Counted from the stretch's first letter, positions 20,671 to 39,739 are shown. The stretch: 64,000 nt of DNA from the human T2T-CHM13v2.0 reference genome, Homo sapiens (GCF_009914755.1 NC_060928.1); one strand, 5' to 3'. Program-made: numbers and translations. The notes: generated by a model not told the origin, from the sequence alone.

Positions 20671-21154
20671 GCACAGAAGGCACCAAGTACACATTCTTCA
20701 TAGATAAAAACCTCGAACACTTATGAAAATCTTTATCAGTTCTTAAACATATTGCTAGGAGCATAAACATATTGCTCTGTGTATCAGAGAAGGTCACTAT
20801 TTCATCATAATTGTTTCATAAACGTAGGACCAGTTCTTGTTTTCCAGTAACAACAACAACAATAATAGGAATAATAGCAGCCAATATTCATTGAATGATT
20901 ACTACACACCAGGCATTTCTCTGAGAACTCTGTAAATTGTCTCTACCTATCTGTGTATAGGCTTGTCCTTTCACTCTCCTAATAGTATCTTTTGATAAAC
21001 AGAAGTTCTTAACTTTAATATTATCCAATTATGCAATCTTTCTTTATGGCTAGTGTTTTTTTTTTTTCTATTTCTTTCTTTAGTTACATACAAAGTTGCA
21101 AAGATATTCTTCTAGATTGCCTTCCAAAACATATGGTTTGTTTTACTTTCATAA

Positions 21155-21485
<331 letters not shown>

Positions 21486-21804
21486 CAACCAATCAGCTTT
21501 TTAAGTCCTTCACTTAAAAGCTATTTTATTATGGAAAGATTCCTACAAATATAAATGGACTAGCATGATGAGCCCCCATGTAACCATCACTCAGCTTCAA
21601 TAGTTAGCATGTGGCGAATCTTGTATCACTTGTACCTCATTTTATCCTCTCCCAGCTAGATTATTTAGAAGAAAATCCTAGGCATCATACCATCTCATCC
21701 CACCACAGCCTCTTAAGTAGCTGGGACTATAAGCACATGCCACCATGCCTGGCTCTTTGTATATTTTTAGTAGAGATGGGGTCTCGTCATGTTGCCCAGG
21801 TTGG

Positions 21805-22318
21805 ATTCTAGTCTTCTTAGTTTAAAAGAATTTAAACAAGAGACACACAGCGAAGGAGATGCAGCATAGGGCAATTTATCGGAAAGGAAAAAGAATATTT
21901 CGAAAGTTAACTGCAGAATAGACAGCACACCCTAAAAGAGAGAGGATTCTGGGCATGCTGCTCATAAGGATGAGACAACATTGATTATTGCTAAGGAGGT
22001 GGAAAGAAGTGTTACTAGTAAGCATGTTCTGAGTGACGTCCTGGCTGCATATGTGCAGTAGCTGTACGTGCTCGTTCATATGTTCCATGTCTCATTAGCA
22101 TCTTAAATCTCCATGCAGGGTTGTGTTTTTCACTCTTATAACAAGCAAAGGGTCAGTTTGAGGACAGGCAAAATCAAAATCAGGGAAAATTTCCTACTGA
22201 AGATTGCTTTGCTTGAATGAGCGTTAACTGCAATGCGAATGCTGAGGCTTATCATGTCGCCACATTTGCCATGCCCCACGGACATTGTCACTTCCTTGAC
22301 TACCTATCCTGCCTTATA
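21805..22318 (-). mobile_element. ERV1-class solo LTR (MER4-group-like); subfamily not assigned
   Basis: Ends ...ttccttgactacctatcctgcctta (reverse complement resembles the TGAGGCAGGATAGGTAGTCAAGGAAG LTR start); aagaatttaaacaagagacacacagc typical of such LTR U5 regions. Confidence 0.65.
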
Positions 22319-23039
22319 ACTACGATCCATTTCCAGAACTTTTCATCACCCCAAATTCTGTACCCATTAAATAACAACTTCCCATTTGCTCCTCTGTCTA
22401 GCCCTTGGTAACCTCTGTTCTACTTTCTGTCTCTATAAATTTGCATATTCTGGGTACCTTGTGTAAGTAGAATCATACAATGTTTATACTTTTTTGTCTG
22501 GCTTATTTCATTTAGCATAATGTCTTCAAGGTTCATCCATATTGTATCATGTATCAATATTTAATTCCTTTTTTAGGCTGAATAATATTCCATTGTATTT
22601 ACATACTGTACCATGTTTTGTTTATCCATTCATCCACTGATGGACTCTTGAGTTACTTCCACCTTTTGAGTATTATAAATATCTTTCTTTAGCTTTTTGT
22701 GCTGGGTACATAATTGGTTTATTTTCTACTGTCATTTTTATTGATATAGATATTTAATGTTACTCATTTTCCTCTGAAATCTGTTTTAGCTGCATCCATT
22801 CTGATATGTTATCTTTTCAGTATTATTTTTTCAAGAAATTCTGTGATTTCAGTTCATATTTCTTCTATGACCTAAGTTTGTTACAAAGCATGTTTTACAA
22901 ATTAATTTTTAAGGAAGTGTCCAATATATACAGAAGTAGATGGGATAGTATAATCTATCTCACTGTACTAATCACTCAGCTTCAAAAATTATCAAAACTT
23001 ATCAATTTTATTTCAATATCTGCCCATTTCCTTCCTGAA

Positions 23040-23460
23040 ACTGTATTATGTATTGCTTGGCAATGGGGTTATGTTCTGAGAAATGCATCATTAAGTGAGT
23101 TCATTGTTGTGTGAACATCATAGAGTGTACTTACACAATCCTAGATGGTATAGCCTACTACATACCTAGACTATATGGTATAGCCTATTGTTTGTAGGCT
23201 ACAAACCTGTACAGCATGTTACCGTACTGAAGACTGTGGGCAGTTGTAACACAGTGGTAAGCATTTGTGTATCTAAACATATCTAAACATAGAAAAGGTA
23301 CAGTAAAAAATGTGATATGAAAGAAAAAAATGGTACATCTGTATACATCTGTGTACACTTACCATGAATGGAGCCTGCAGGACTAGAATTTGTACTCAGT
23401 GAGTCAGTGAGTGAGTGGTGAGTAAATGTGACTATACACTTAGGCTGTACTACATTTATA
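23040..23460 (+). mobile_element. Tigger3/MER7-like DNA transposon fragment
   Basis: gttctgagaaatgcatc...gaacatcatagagtgtacttacacaa.cctagatggtatagcctac resembles the Tigger3 terminus. Confidence 0.7.
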
Positions 23461-23469
23461 ACATCTGTT

Positions 23470-27600
<4,131 letters not shown>

Positions 27601-27849
27601 CTTTTCTTAAATAAAGTCCAAAATACCTAATATGGAACAGTACCATGCTTTTAACATTGGTATATCACAAATAAATACTTGTTATACTTGTAGACGGTAA
27701 TCTGATCCCTTCTGAGCTTGGAGGTGATTCACAGGGCCTGCACTGGCTAAAGAAGCTGGGTACAAATGGTTTCATCCATTTCCACAGTGGGGCATATAAT
27801 ATTTCCTATGAGTGCAATGATGTGGAAACAGCTGGGAGGGGTAGTGGGG

Positions 27850-28815
27850 ATATATTTTTTGTCAGCAAACCTTTCTTTGGTGGAATCTCCTTTTCATTCA
27901 GTTATGTCTGTTTAGACCATGTAATTGGGACGAGCTCCACAGGGTTCTTCCCCTCCTCCCTCCCACATTGCATTTCCAGAATGGATGCGTGATCTATATC
28001 TGGGTTAGTAGAGGAGTCTATCCTCATGTGGTCAATTCAGGGATGTGTACATGAGCTAAACTTGGCTACTTCATATTTTTTCTGGTACTACTACCCAAGC
28101 CATTTTTCTCTAGAATTGTGAACTATAAGGATGTTGTGTGCCTAGGGCTGCCAGTGGTCCTCTTCCTACAAATATGGACAGCATCTGAAAATAAAGTCAA
28201 GCAGAGACATGTAGAACCCAAAGAAAAGAGTCCTGATGACATTTGGATTCTAGCTCCAACCATGCCTAAATAGAACTCTTAAACTCTTAGTTGCACAAGA
28301 AGTCTTAATACCTGGGGCCTGCAAGGCCTTGCATTGTCCCTTTATAGACTCAGCTAAAATTAGGCTTCTTCTCAACCACTATACTCCACCCAACTTGGAC
28401 CTATTTTTAGTTCTGTGAAAGCTCCAAGATCTTCCCACCTCCAGGGCTTTGTACACACTGCCTTCTGCCTGAAAAGTACTTGTCCCACTCTTCACCAATC
28501 CAAATTTTCTCTTCCACTAGGTCTTGGCTAATCATTTCTTCTGGAGAAACATGCCTGACTCTCCTGTTCAGGTCAGGTTCCCTGTTAATCATATTCACCC
28601 TCATAGCTCCCTATGCTTCTCTCTCATCACCCCTCCCTCAATCATAATCATCTGTGAAATCATCTTGTGAATATCTGACTTTCTTGCTGGTACATAAGCC
28701 TCATGAAGGTCGGAGCTCTGTGTGTTTTGTTTACCGCACAATCCCCCAAATGACATTGTAATTGGCACATAGTGGGTACCCCCTTAAATATGTACTGAAA
28801 GACGACTGAATAAAG
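27850..28815. mobile_element. Ancient MLT1-like LTR fragment followed by an L2 3' fragment
   Basis: Degenerate MaLR-like motifs (gtcctgatgacatttgga...ccatgcct) and an L2-like end (ggcacatagtggg...aaatatgtactgaaagacgactgaataaa); by eye only. Confidence 0.45.
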
Positions 28816-28834
28816 TTTTAAAGCTTAAGGTACA

Positions 28835-31655
28835 TATGCAAAATAATCTTGTTTATTAGAAAATGAACATTCACAATGTAAAGTAGAAATTAAATTACAA
28901 ATAAGTCTTCAATGGTCAAAAATGGTGCCCAGAATTTCTTCTCAAAATAAGTTAATCTATTCTTAAACAGATGCAGGTAAGTAGTTTATCCTTGTCAAAA
29001 CAAAAAATTAACAGATTTCACTTTATGTAAGAGATAAGGTTTATATGAACAAGAAGAGTTTATTTTTAAATGTAAAGCTGAACAAGATAGAATGGAGATG
29101 CTTTGTGAAGTTATAAATCCCTTCAAAATATGAAAATCATCCTTTCAAGTTTAAATTTGTTTTCAAAAACATATTTTCTCTTCTTAAATATGTACTACTC
29201 TTAACAATATATCATACCTTAAAATCTCCTGTTGTCATTTTCTCTTTATACGCAACTTGGCCTACTCAAGAAGACATCAACATGGTGATTTTTTTTCCTC
29301 AAACTTTATCTCCTTGCTCTTTTCCCAATCCCATGTTACTTCCTTTCGCCTTCTTTTGTGCCAAGATGAGCAAGGTATAATCCTCCAAAGAAGAAAATGC
29401 TCCAAAGAAAATGCTCTCAATAAAAAGGAAAGTAAGAGTCATTTGTGTAAGGTTAAGTTTATCTAAATTTTAATCAATATTATAAACCTTTGAAAGCTGG
29501 GAAACTTTTTTCTGTTATATTCTTGCTGGAAACAGGTTATTATGCTAAGACAAAAGCTCCAGTCAGTGGGCTTATGTTGCCCAAATATTTCTGCTAGTAG
29601 GACTCACTGGTATAGTTAAATTACCCTACAATTAGTGATTAATTGAAACTGCAACTTTCTGGGATATTTTCCTCACTATGAAAAATCAAGTGGTTAAGAC
29701 TGTGGACTTTAAGGATAGACTGTTACTTAGACAAGTAACTTTTCTGTGCCTCCATTCTTTCATCTGTAAAACGGGAATCATAATAGTATTTTCACTCCAT
29801 AAGACTGCTGTAAGAATTAAATTGTATGTTACACATTACCTGGAATGTGGAAAGCACTCCACAAATTTTGCTCTTATCATTTTCATCATTACCATTATTC
29901 TTGTTATTTTTGTCATGCACACTATGCAAACCAAGGGTAGAGTTTACTCTTTAAGATTAGACGTGGCCCAAAAAATGTAAGACAGAGAAAGCAGCTGCAG
30001 AATAGCAGGTAAGAGGGATCCCAGACTTGACCAAATAGCCAGAACTGGCTACGGTTCTGAGAAATCTATGGAAGCAGTCTTGCTATGGGCGGCAGAGGAG
30101 AGTGAAAACAGTCTTCAAAATTTAATCGTAGAATAATTCTATCAAATTAAGCCCTTTATTAGAGCTGAAAAAATTGAGTTTAAGAGCACAGCTAGTTTAG
30201 CATAAAGTGCAGATTATACAGTTTTAAATTTTTGTTTTTATTTTTTGTAAAGACAGGGTCTCACTTTGTTTCCCAGGCTGGTCTTGAATTCCTGGCCTCA
30301 AGCAATCCTCCTGCCTTGGCCTTCCAAAGTGCTGGGATTACAGGCATGAGACACTGCACCCAACCTATAAAGTGCAGATTATATAGTGTTTATTCTCAGA
30401 TTTGAAACTATTTCTAACTTAAAGTAGAAAACATTTGGAAAAGTGTTTAGAAATATTTTTGCATTTTCTTAACAGTGCTTATCAATATACATAGTTATCT
30501 ACTAGTTCCTTTTATCAGCATTCAACTTATGTAGAGGTAGAAGTTAAACATACAGTGTTATTTAGCCAACTTCAGGTAAACTCAGTAAATTGTTAGATTA
30601 AAGCCATTTTGCCTCAAATACTTATTAGCCTGACTAGTTTGGGGCTGTCAGGGATCATCCAAATTAAAAATCCAACTAAAATTCTGCAGCTCTACACAAC
30701 TATGCAGACATAGATTGAAAACTGTTGTGTTCCTCCCCGCCACTACTGAGAGATGGGAAAAATTAAAGTAAATTAATTAATGTTTTACTAATTAAATGTT
30801 TTTCTCCAGTTTAAGGGGGTTGAAAAATAGCAATAATTTTAAGAAACCATTTACTGTTTTGTATATATATATATAAAATAACACATATCTGGATTATGTT
30901 TCTAATGTGAATTTTTGGCATTTGAAAGAAAGTAGGTATCCCTATTAGGCTAATAGGCAGTGAAGTATCTTGATCTCTTAATCCTCTGTATTGCTCAAAT
31001 ATTAGCATTATCCATACTCATTTATTAATGTAGGGGTTACTTAGTGAAACCCTGAACTAAAATAAGGCAGAGGTGTAGTATTAGAAGAAAGACTCATAGA
31101 AGGCAAGGTAGGATGTTAGGCACGCTAAATGGAAAATATGTGTTATAATTTTTATTTCATAAGTGAACTTGATAATAGAAAATGCATTTTTTTATAAATA
31201 AAAAGTAGGTGTCTGAATAAAAATACCTCTACTTGGGTAGAGGTATTTAAAATTCTATAATTTTGTTCTGCTATGGCTAATTCTTACAGAACCCTCTTTC
31301 TGGTTCCACTGTATATTATTTTAATGACACTTCTGCAGTGGGTATTAAGAATACAGCTTCACATTTATTCATCATTGTCCATTCACTCATTAGTTCATGC
31401 AACCACAAAAAGGTATTATAAGAATAATATTTCATTTCTGAGGTAAGGAAATTATCATCTAGTATGTTTTTATATAACCTACTATTCACAATGACATGTA
31501 GAATTCTCTCTGTTATTCAACATATGTTCTTGTTCTTCAAAATCTGCAATATCTGTAGTCTGATTCTTGGAGACTGGCTCACCGCAATTGTCTAGCAGAG
31601 CTTTAGACCAGGAAGTGCCACACAGCAAGTAGTTTCCATCACAGTCTTAGCTAGT
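28835..31655 (-). terminator. MFSD8: MFSD8 3' UTR (~2.8 kb) with distal poly(A) signal
   Basis: Follows the stop at 31656; AATAAA on the minus strand at 28852-28857 (tttatt); further internal AATAAA sites near 30155, 30389 and 31021. Confidence 0.75.
30222..30365 (-). mobile_element. FLAM (Alu monomer) in the MFSD8 3' UTR, sense to the mRNA
   Basis: Single-arm Alu flanked by a 17-bp TSD ataaagtgcagattata (30202-30218 and 30367-30383). Confidence 0.85.
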
Positions 31656-31913
<258 letters not shown>

Positions 31914-32534
31914 TTAAAAGCAAAGAAATGGTATTACCAAACTACAGCAAACTTACAAGAATCATTTCTGCATCTTTTACTTTTAAATTAAACATAAAAT
32001 GCCTCCTATAAATATAGCATTTAATATTAAGTCAGATTAAAAAAAATAAAAGGAGTGTAAAGGGAAAAACTTACTGTCTGCTGAAGCCCTGGGAATAATA
32101 AAATTGATTAAAATACCTTTTAAAGCTAACATTTATTTTGTACCTGCTACATGCCAGTCACTGAGGTAGGTGCTTTAAATACATCATTTGTAATGTTCAC
32201 AAGTTTCGATGACAGGTGTTATGCCTGTTTAACAAAGGTAGAAGCTGAAACTCAGAAAGTTTAAGTAACTTGTTCAAGAGGTTTGAAGCCATATTTGGCT
32301 GACTCCACTGTGCCACTTTACACTCTACCACAATGCCACTCCTACAACTTCTGTATCCAAAACTATAACCCACATAACCTACCCAAGAATGAACTTTATA
32401 GAAGTTGTGGGATTTTTAAAAATTTTAAATGCTGAATATGATAAAAATCCCTCAAATCAGTCTGTGTAAAAATAGAGAATGGCAGCAAAAAATGTTGAGT
32501 GCTTACAAGTATATTTTCTATAATTGCAATGTCA

Positions 32535-32837
<303 letters not shown>

Positions 32838-32885
32838 TTAGATAAATAACAGAGGTTAACATTATAGAATTATGTATGGCTATAC

Positions 32886-32989
32886 CTTCCCACTGTATTT
32901 TGGGAAATTGATTTCCCCAAGGTAACAAGATAAAGAAGCCAACCCATACAACGATGAGTCCTCCCAGTAGAATAGCACGCTCGCCAATC
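32886..32989 (-). CDS. MFSD8: MFSD8 coding exon (c.999-1102), followed by an 88-nt intron
   Basis: aacag|GATTGG ... GGGAAG|gtatag; [34 protein letters not shown]. Confidence 0.97.
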
Positions 32990-33246
32990 CTGTTAAAGAA
33001 CAGAAACTCTGTAATTTTAAAATGAAACATTATAACATAGCTTCATTACTTTCATAATTTTAAAAACTAAAAATAATATCTTGTACTTTTAGTGATATAT
33101 CCATTAAAAAGAATGCTAAATATAATTTTCCACTAAAAATAACCAGGACTCCTCTGAAAAATGGCTGACTTAAGGTCTGGGACACAAAAAGTAGATGAGC
33201 TCAGATCTTTCACAGCAAAAAGCACAGAAGTTATCAGTGACTACTA

Positions 33247-33501
<255 letters not shown>

Positions 33502-34080
33502 TTAGCCAGGAGTGGTATTTGGTGCCTGTAGTTCTAGCTACTTAGGAGGTTGAGGCAGGAGGATTACTTGAGCCCAGGAGGTCAAGGCTGCAATGAGCTG
33601 TGATGGCACCACTGCACTCCAAACTGGGTGACAGAGCAAGACCCTGTCGCCAAAAAAAAAAAAAGTGTTATAATCTATGAATTCATAGTATATTAAAATA
33701 AAGTACTCTTTGGTCAGTTTTTGAGGATGTTAGGGAAACAAAAGAAAATAATCAAGCCTTTATCCTGCCTTTCCTATACAACTATAGCTCAGGTTAACCA
33801 AATAGTTGGTGAGGGAAAGATTCTCTTCATGGTAAGTATTCTAGCAAATAAATAAAGGAATGATAGAATTAAAATACCAGAATTTTGTAATGATTCATTA
33901 ATGAATTAATGGATCTATGGAATAATCAGTGGCTACTTACATGTTAAGAAGAGATAAACAAAACATTATATTTCTTCTGATATAAGCACATATTCCCACC
34001 TATAAAGTATTCTTGCCAAAAAATTGAACCCAAATTTCATCAAGCTTCTAGATGCAAGTACTAGTTTTTAAGAAATACAG

Positions 34081-34573
34081 CAATCATGTCATCTGCAAAC
34101 AGAGGCAATTTGACTTTCTCATTTCCTAATTGAATACCCTTTATTTCTTTCTCTTGCCTGATTGCCCTGGCCAGAACTTCCAACACTATGTTGAACAGGA
34201 GAGGTGAGAGAGGGTATCCTTGTCTTGTGCCGGTTTTCAAAGGGAATGCTTCCAGTTTTTGCCCATTCAGTATGATACTGGCTGTGGGTTTGTCATAAAT
34301 AGCGCTTATTATTTTGAGATACGTTCCATCAATATCAGTTTATTGAGTGTTGTTAGCATGAAGGAGTGTTGAATTTTATCAAAGGCCTTTTCTGCATATA
34401 TTGAGATAATCATGTGGTTTTTGTCATTGGTTCTGTTTATGAGATGGATTACATTTATTGATTTGTGTATGTTGAACCAGCCTTGCATCTCAGGGATGAA
34501 GCAGATTTGATCGTGGTGGATAAGCTTTTTGATGTGCTGCTGAATTCAGTTTTCCAGTATTTTATTTTTTATT

Positions 34574-34619
<46 letters not shown>

Positions 34620-37575
34620 TGAGACAGAGTCTCGCTCTGTCGCCCAGGCTGGTATGCAGTGGCGTGAACTTGGCTCACTGCAAACTCCGCCTCCCGGGTT
34701 CATGCCATTCTCCTGCCTCAGTCTCCTGAGTAGCTGGGACTACAGGTGCCTGCCACCACGCCTGGCTAATTTTTTTTGTATTTTTAGTAGAGATGGGGTT
34801 TCACTGTGTTAGCCAGGATGGTCTCGACCTCTGACCTCGTGATCCACCCACTTCAGCCTCCCAAAGTGCTGAGATTACAGGCGTGAGCCACCGCACCTGG
34901 CCTGGGTTTGCCAGTATTTTATTGAGGATTTTCGCATCGATGTTCATCAGGGATATTGGCCTTAAATTTTTTTTGTTGTGTCTCTGCCAGGTTTTGGTAT
35001 CAGGATGATTCTGGCCTCATAAAATGAGTTAGGGAGGAGTCCCTCTTCTTCTACGGTTTGGCATAGTTACAGAAGGAATGGAGTTTCAGAAGGAATGGAA
35101 ACTTTGTACCTCCAGTAGAATTCGGCTGTGAATCTATCTGGTCCTGGGCTTTTTTTGGTTGGTAGGCTATTAATTACTGCCTCAATCTCAGAACTTATTA
35201 TTGGTCAATTCAGGGATTCGACTTCTTCCTGGTTTAGTCTTGGGAGGGTGTATGTGTCCAGGAATTTATCCGTGTCTTCTAGATTTTCTATTTTATTTGC
35301 ATAGAGGTGTTTATAGTATTAGAGAATACTGTGGTATTCTCTGACGGTAGTTTGTATTTCTGTGGGACCAGTGGTGCCCAAAATCTCCTTAAGCGACAAG
35401 CAACTTCAGCAAAGTCTCAGGATAAAAAATCAATGTGCAAAAATCACAAGCATTCCTATACACCAATAACAGACAAACAGAGAGCCAAATCAAGAGTGAA
35501 CTGCCATTCACAATTGCTGCAAAGAGAATAAAATATCTAGGAATACAACTTACAAGGGATGTGAAGGACCTCTTCAAGGAGAACTACAAACCACTGCTAA
35601 AGGACATAAGAGAGGACACAAACAAATGGAAAAACATTCCATGCTCATGGACAGTAAGAATCAATATTGTGAAAATGGCCATACTGTCCAAAGTAACTTA
35701 TGGATTCAATGCTATCCCCATCAAGCTACCATTGACTTTCTTCACAGAATTAGAAAAAAACTACTTTAAATTTCATACGGAACCAAAACAGAGCCCATAT
35801 AGCCAAGACAATCCTAAGCAAAAAGAACAAAGCTGAAGACATCACAATACCTGACTTCAAACTACACTACAAGGCTACAGTAACCAAAACAGCATGATTC
35901 TTGTACCAAAACAGATATATAGACCAATGGAACAGAATAGAGGCCTCAGAAATAACACCACACATCTACAACCATCTGATCTTTGACAAACCTGACAAAA
36001 ACAAGCAATAGGGAAAGGATTCCCTATTTAATAAATGGTGTTGGGAAAACTGGCTAGCCATACGCAGAAAACTGAGACTGGGCCCCTTCTTTATACCTTA
36101 TACAAAAATTAATTCAAGAAAGATCAAAGACTTAAACATAGGACCTAAAACCATAAAAACCCTAGAAGAAAACCTAGGCATTACCATTCAGGACATAGGC
36201 ATGGGCAAGGACTTCATGTCTAAAACACCAAAAGCAATGGCAACAAAAACCAAAATTGATAAATGGGATCTAATTAAACTAAAGAGCTTCTGCACAGCAA
36301 AATAAACTATCATCAGAGTGAACAAGCAACCTACAGAATGGGAGAAAATTTTTGCAATCTATCCATCTGATAAAGGTCTAATATCCAGAATCTACAAGGA
36401 ACTTAAACAAATTTACAAGAAAAAAACAACCCCATCAAAAAGTGGGCAAAGGATATGAACAGATGCTTCTCAAAAGAAGACATTTATGCAACCAACAAAC
36501 ATATGAAAAAAAGCTCATCATCACTGGTCATTAGAGAAATGCATATCAAAATCACAATGAGATACCATCTCACACCAGTTAGAGTGGCAATCATTAAAAA
36601 GTCGGGGAACAACAGATGCTGGAGAGGATGTGGAGAAATAGGAACACCTTTACACTGTTGGTGGGAGTGTAAATTAGTTCAACCATTGTGGAAGACAGTG
36701 TGGCAATTCCCCAAGGATCTAGAACCAGAAATACCATTTGACCCAGCAATCCCATTACTGGGTATATACCCAAAGGATTATAAATCATTCTACTATGAAG
36801 ACACATGCACATGTATGTTTATTACAGCACTATTCACAATAGTAAAGACTTGGAACCAACCCAAATGCCCATCAATGACAGACTGGATAAAGAAAATGTA
36901 GCACATATACACCATGGAAAACTATGCAGCCATAAAAAAGGATGAGTTCATGTCTTTTACAGTAACATGGATGAAGCTGGAAACCATCATTCTCAGCAAA
37001 CACAGGAACAGAAAAACAAACGCCACATGTTCTCACTCATAAGTGGGAGTTGAACAAAGAGAATACATGGACACAGGGAGGGGAACATCACACACAGGGG
37101 CCTATTGCGGGGTGGGGGGCTAGAGGAGGGATAGCATTAGGAGAAATACCTAATGTAGATGATGGGTTGATGGGTGCAGCAAACCACCATAGTACATTTA
37201 TACCTATGTAACAAACCTGCACATATATTCCAGAACTCAAAGTATAATAAAGGCTGGGTGTGGTGGCTCACGCCTGTAATCCCAGTACTTTGGGAGGCTG
37301 AGGAGGACGGATCATCTGAGGTCAGGAGATCGAGACCATCCAGGCCAACATGGTGAAACCTTGTCTCTACTAAAAATACAAAAATTAGCTGGGTGGGGTG
37401 GCACACATCTGTAATCCCAGCTACTCAGACTCGGGAAGTTGAGGCAGGAGAATGGCTTGAACCTGGGAGGTGGAGGTTGCGGTGAGCCAAGATCGCGCCA
37501 TGGCACTCCACCCTGGGCAACAAGATGAAACTCCATAAAAAAAAAAAAAAAAGTATAATAATAAAAAAAAAAGAA
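34081..37575 (+). mobile_element. 5'-truncated, 5'-inverted L1PA (twin-primed): inverted segment ~34081-35375, forward segment ~35376-37250; AluY nested at 34561-34903 and AluS in the A-tail at 37252-37551
   Basis: The antisense ORF2 piece starts at the FADDMI region; the forward piece starts at gcccaaaatctccttaagc (AQNLLK) and runs through the 3' UTR; imperfect TSD aagaaatacagca / aaaaatatagca; nested Alu TSDs gttt(t/g)ccagtattttatt and aaagtataataa. Confidence 0.9.
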
Positions 37576-38819
37576 AAATATAGCAGAAAGGAAAATGTCT
37601 TCAAAACACCAGTGATGCAATCACTAAGATCCAAAATGTGGGAAACTATAGTTCAAAAATCCTGGTTTCTTCAATTTGTAAGAGGAAAAGAGAAAAAAAA
37701 AACAGAGATGGAGAAGAAACTTATTGATTAAAAGAGACTTAAGAAACTTAAGAGCCTGAGTCTAGTGAACATACTGAAAAACAAATACAACAAAACAAAG
37801 CCAAAAAACACTTGAGACAGTGGAGAAAATGTGAATGCTACCTGAATATGTGATGATATTAATAAGTCACTTTTTTGGATGAGATAATATCATTAACTTT
37901 AGAGACACATACTGAAATATTTATGGAAGATATGAAATGATGCCTAGGATCAGCTTCAAAATAATCCAGGTACAGGGGAAAGAGAGTGTGGAATAGCTAG
38001 AGGTAGAGATGGAACAGGATTGTCTAGGTGCTTATAATTGTTGAAGCTGGGTAATGGATATTGGAGATTCAGTACATGATGCTCTCTAGACTTTGGTATA
38101 TGTTGGAAATTCTGCATAACAGTAAAACATAAAAACAAAACCAATGTCTTCCAAAATACATGCATAAAAACCAAACAACCAAACAACCAACAAAAACCCA
38201 ATGACTTCCATTGCCCTCGGAATACCAACAGGCTTCACATCTTTCTAACCTAATTTATCATTTGCCTTTTCCCTCACTCTGCTCTTGTCAAATCAGCCTT
38301 TCTGCTTGTTCCTTAAACACACAAAGCTCAGCCTTCCCGAGGAAGAGAGTTCCAGGCCATTGCATGGCTCTTTGCTGACTTCACTAAGGTCTCAGCTTAA
38401 ATGTAACTTCCTCATATATACCTTCCTTGAGCAGTGTATCAAATACAACATTTCCCCACTTCCCAGCCCTGCCCTTGTCACTCCTTATTCTTTTCTCTTC
38501 TATTCTTCTTTGTAGTACTTACCACTATCTGACTTCACATTTGTGTTTATTGGCTTTCCCCCTACTGGAATACACGTGCTTTGAGGGGATGGTATTGGAC
38601 ATTCTATAAGAATGTGTATCAGCAGCACTGCTCTACTTCTGTAGCAAGATGTAATGTACTTCCTATTAACTTTGAATATAAATATATGTCTATCTTATAT
38701 CTTGATCCCTCTACTTGGCTCCATAAGGACAAGAATTCTCATAGTACCCCCATAGCACTGAACCTGATACACTGACTTAACATTTGTTGATTAATTTTAG
38801 AACCTTATTAAAGTACATA

Positions 38820-39592
38820 CAGTCTCTGACTTATGAGTGTCCAACTTAGAACTGTTCAGCTTTACAACAGTAGGAAAGTGATACTCATTCAGTAGAAACC
38901 ACACTTCAAATTTTGAATTTTGATATTTTTCCAGACTAGTGATCTGTGGTATGATACTGTTTCATGATGCTGGACAGCAGCAGAGAGCCACAGCTCCTAA
39001 TCAGCCACATGATCACAAAGGTAAACATCCAGTACTATAATCTACAGTATACTGTATTTGGCAAATTACATGAGATATCCAACACTTTATTATAAAATAC
39101 GCTTTGTGTTAGATGATTTAGCCAAACTGAAAACTAATGTGAGTGTTGGAGTGTGTTTAAAGTAGGCTAAGCTAAGCTACAATGCTCCGTAGGTTAGGTG
39201 TATTAAATGTTTTTTTTTTTTGTTTTTCGCTTTTTTTGAGATGGAATTTCACTCTTGTCATCCAGGCTGGAATGCAATGGCTCATTGCAACCTCCACCTC
39301 CTGGGTTCAAGCGATTCTTGTGCCTCCACCTGTGGAGCAGCTGTGATTACAGGCACTGGCCACCACACCCAGCTAATTTTTGTGTATTTAGTTACGACGG
39401 GGTTTCACCACGTTGGCCGGGCTGGTCTCGAACTTCTGACCTCAGGTGATCTGCCCGCCTTGGCCTCCCAAAGTGCTGGGATTGCAGGCGTGAGCCACTG
39501 CACCCAGCCTGTATTTTCAACTTAGTGCTATTTTCAACTTATGATGATCAGTTTATCAGGATGTAGCCCCATTGCAAGTTAAAGAGTATCTG
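38820..39592. mobile_element. MER47/Tigger5-like DNA transposon interrupted by an Alu (39210-39509)
   Basis: cattcagtagaaacc.cacttc.aattttgaattttgat and terminal ttcaacttatgatg...tttatcaggatgtagcccc...ctgta. Confidence 0.6.
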
Positions 39593-39739
39593 TATTTGAG
39601 GAATACTTAAATAGAACTGTCTAAATTCATCAACTAATGTTCCACCATAGACTATATGACTGAACTTAATTTTACACAAGCATTTCCCTAAAAATATGTT
39701 CCTTACAGTTGTACTTTTACAAAATGATTCTTTTTTTAA

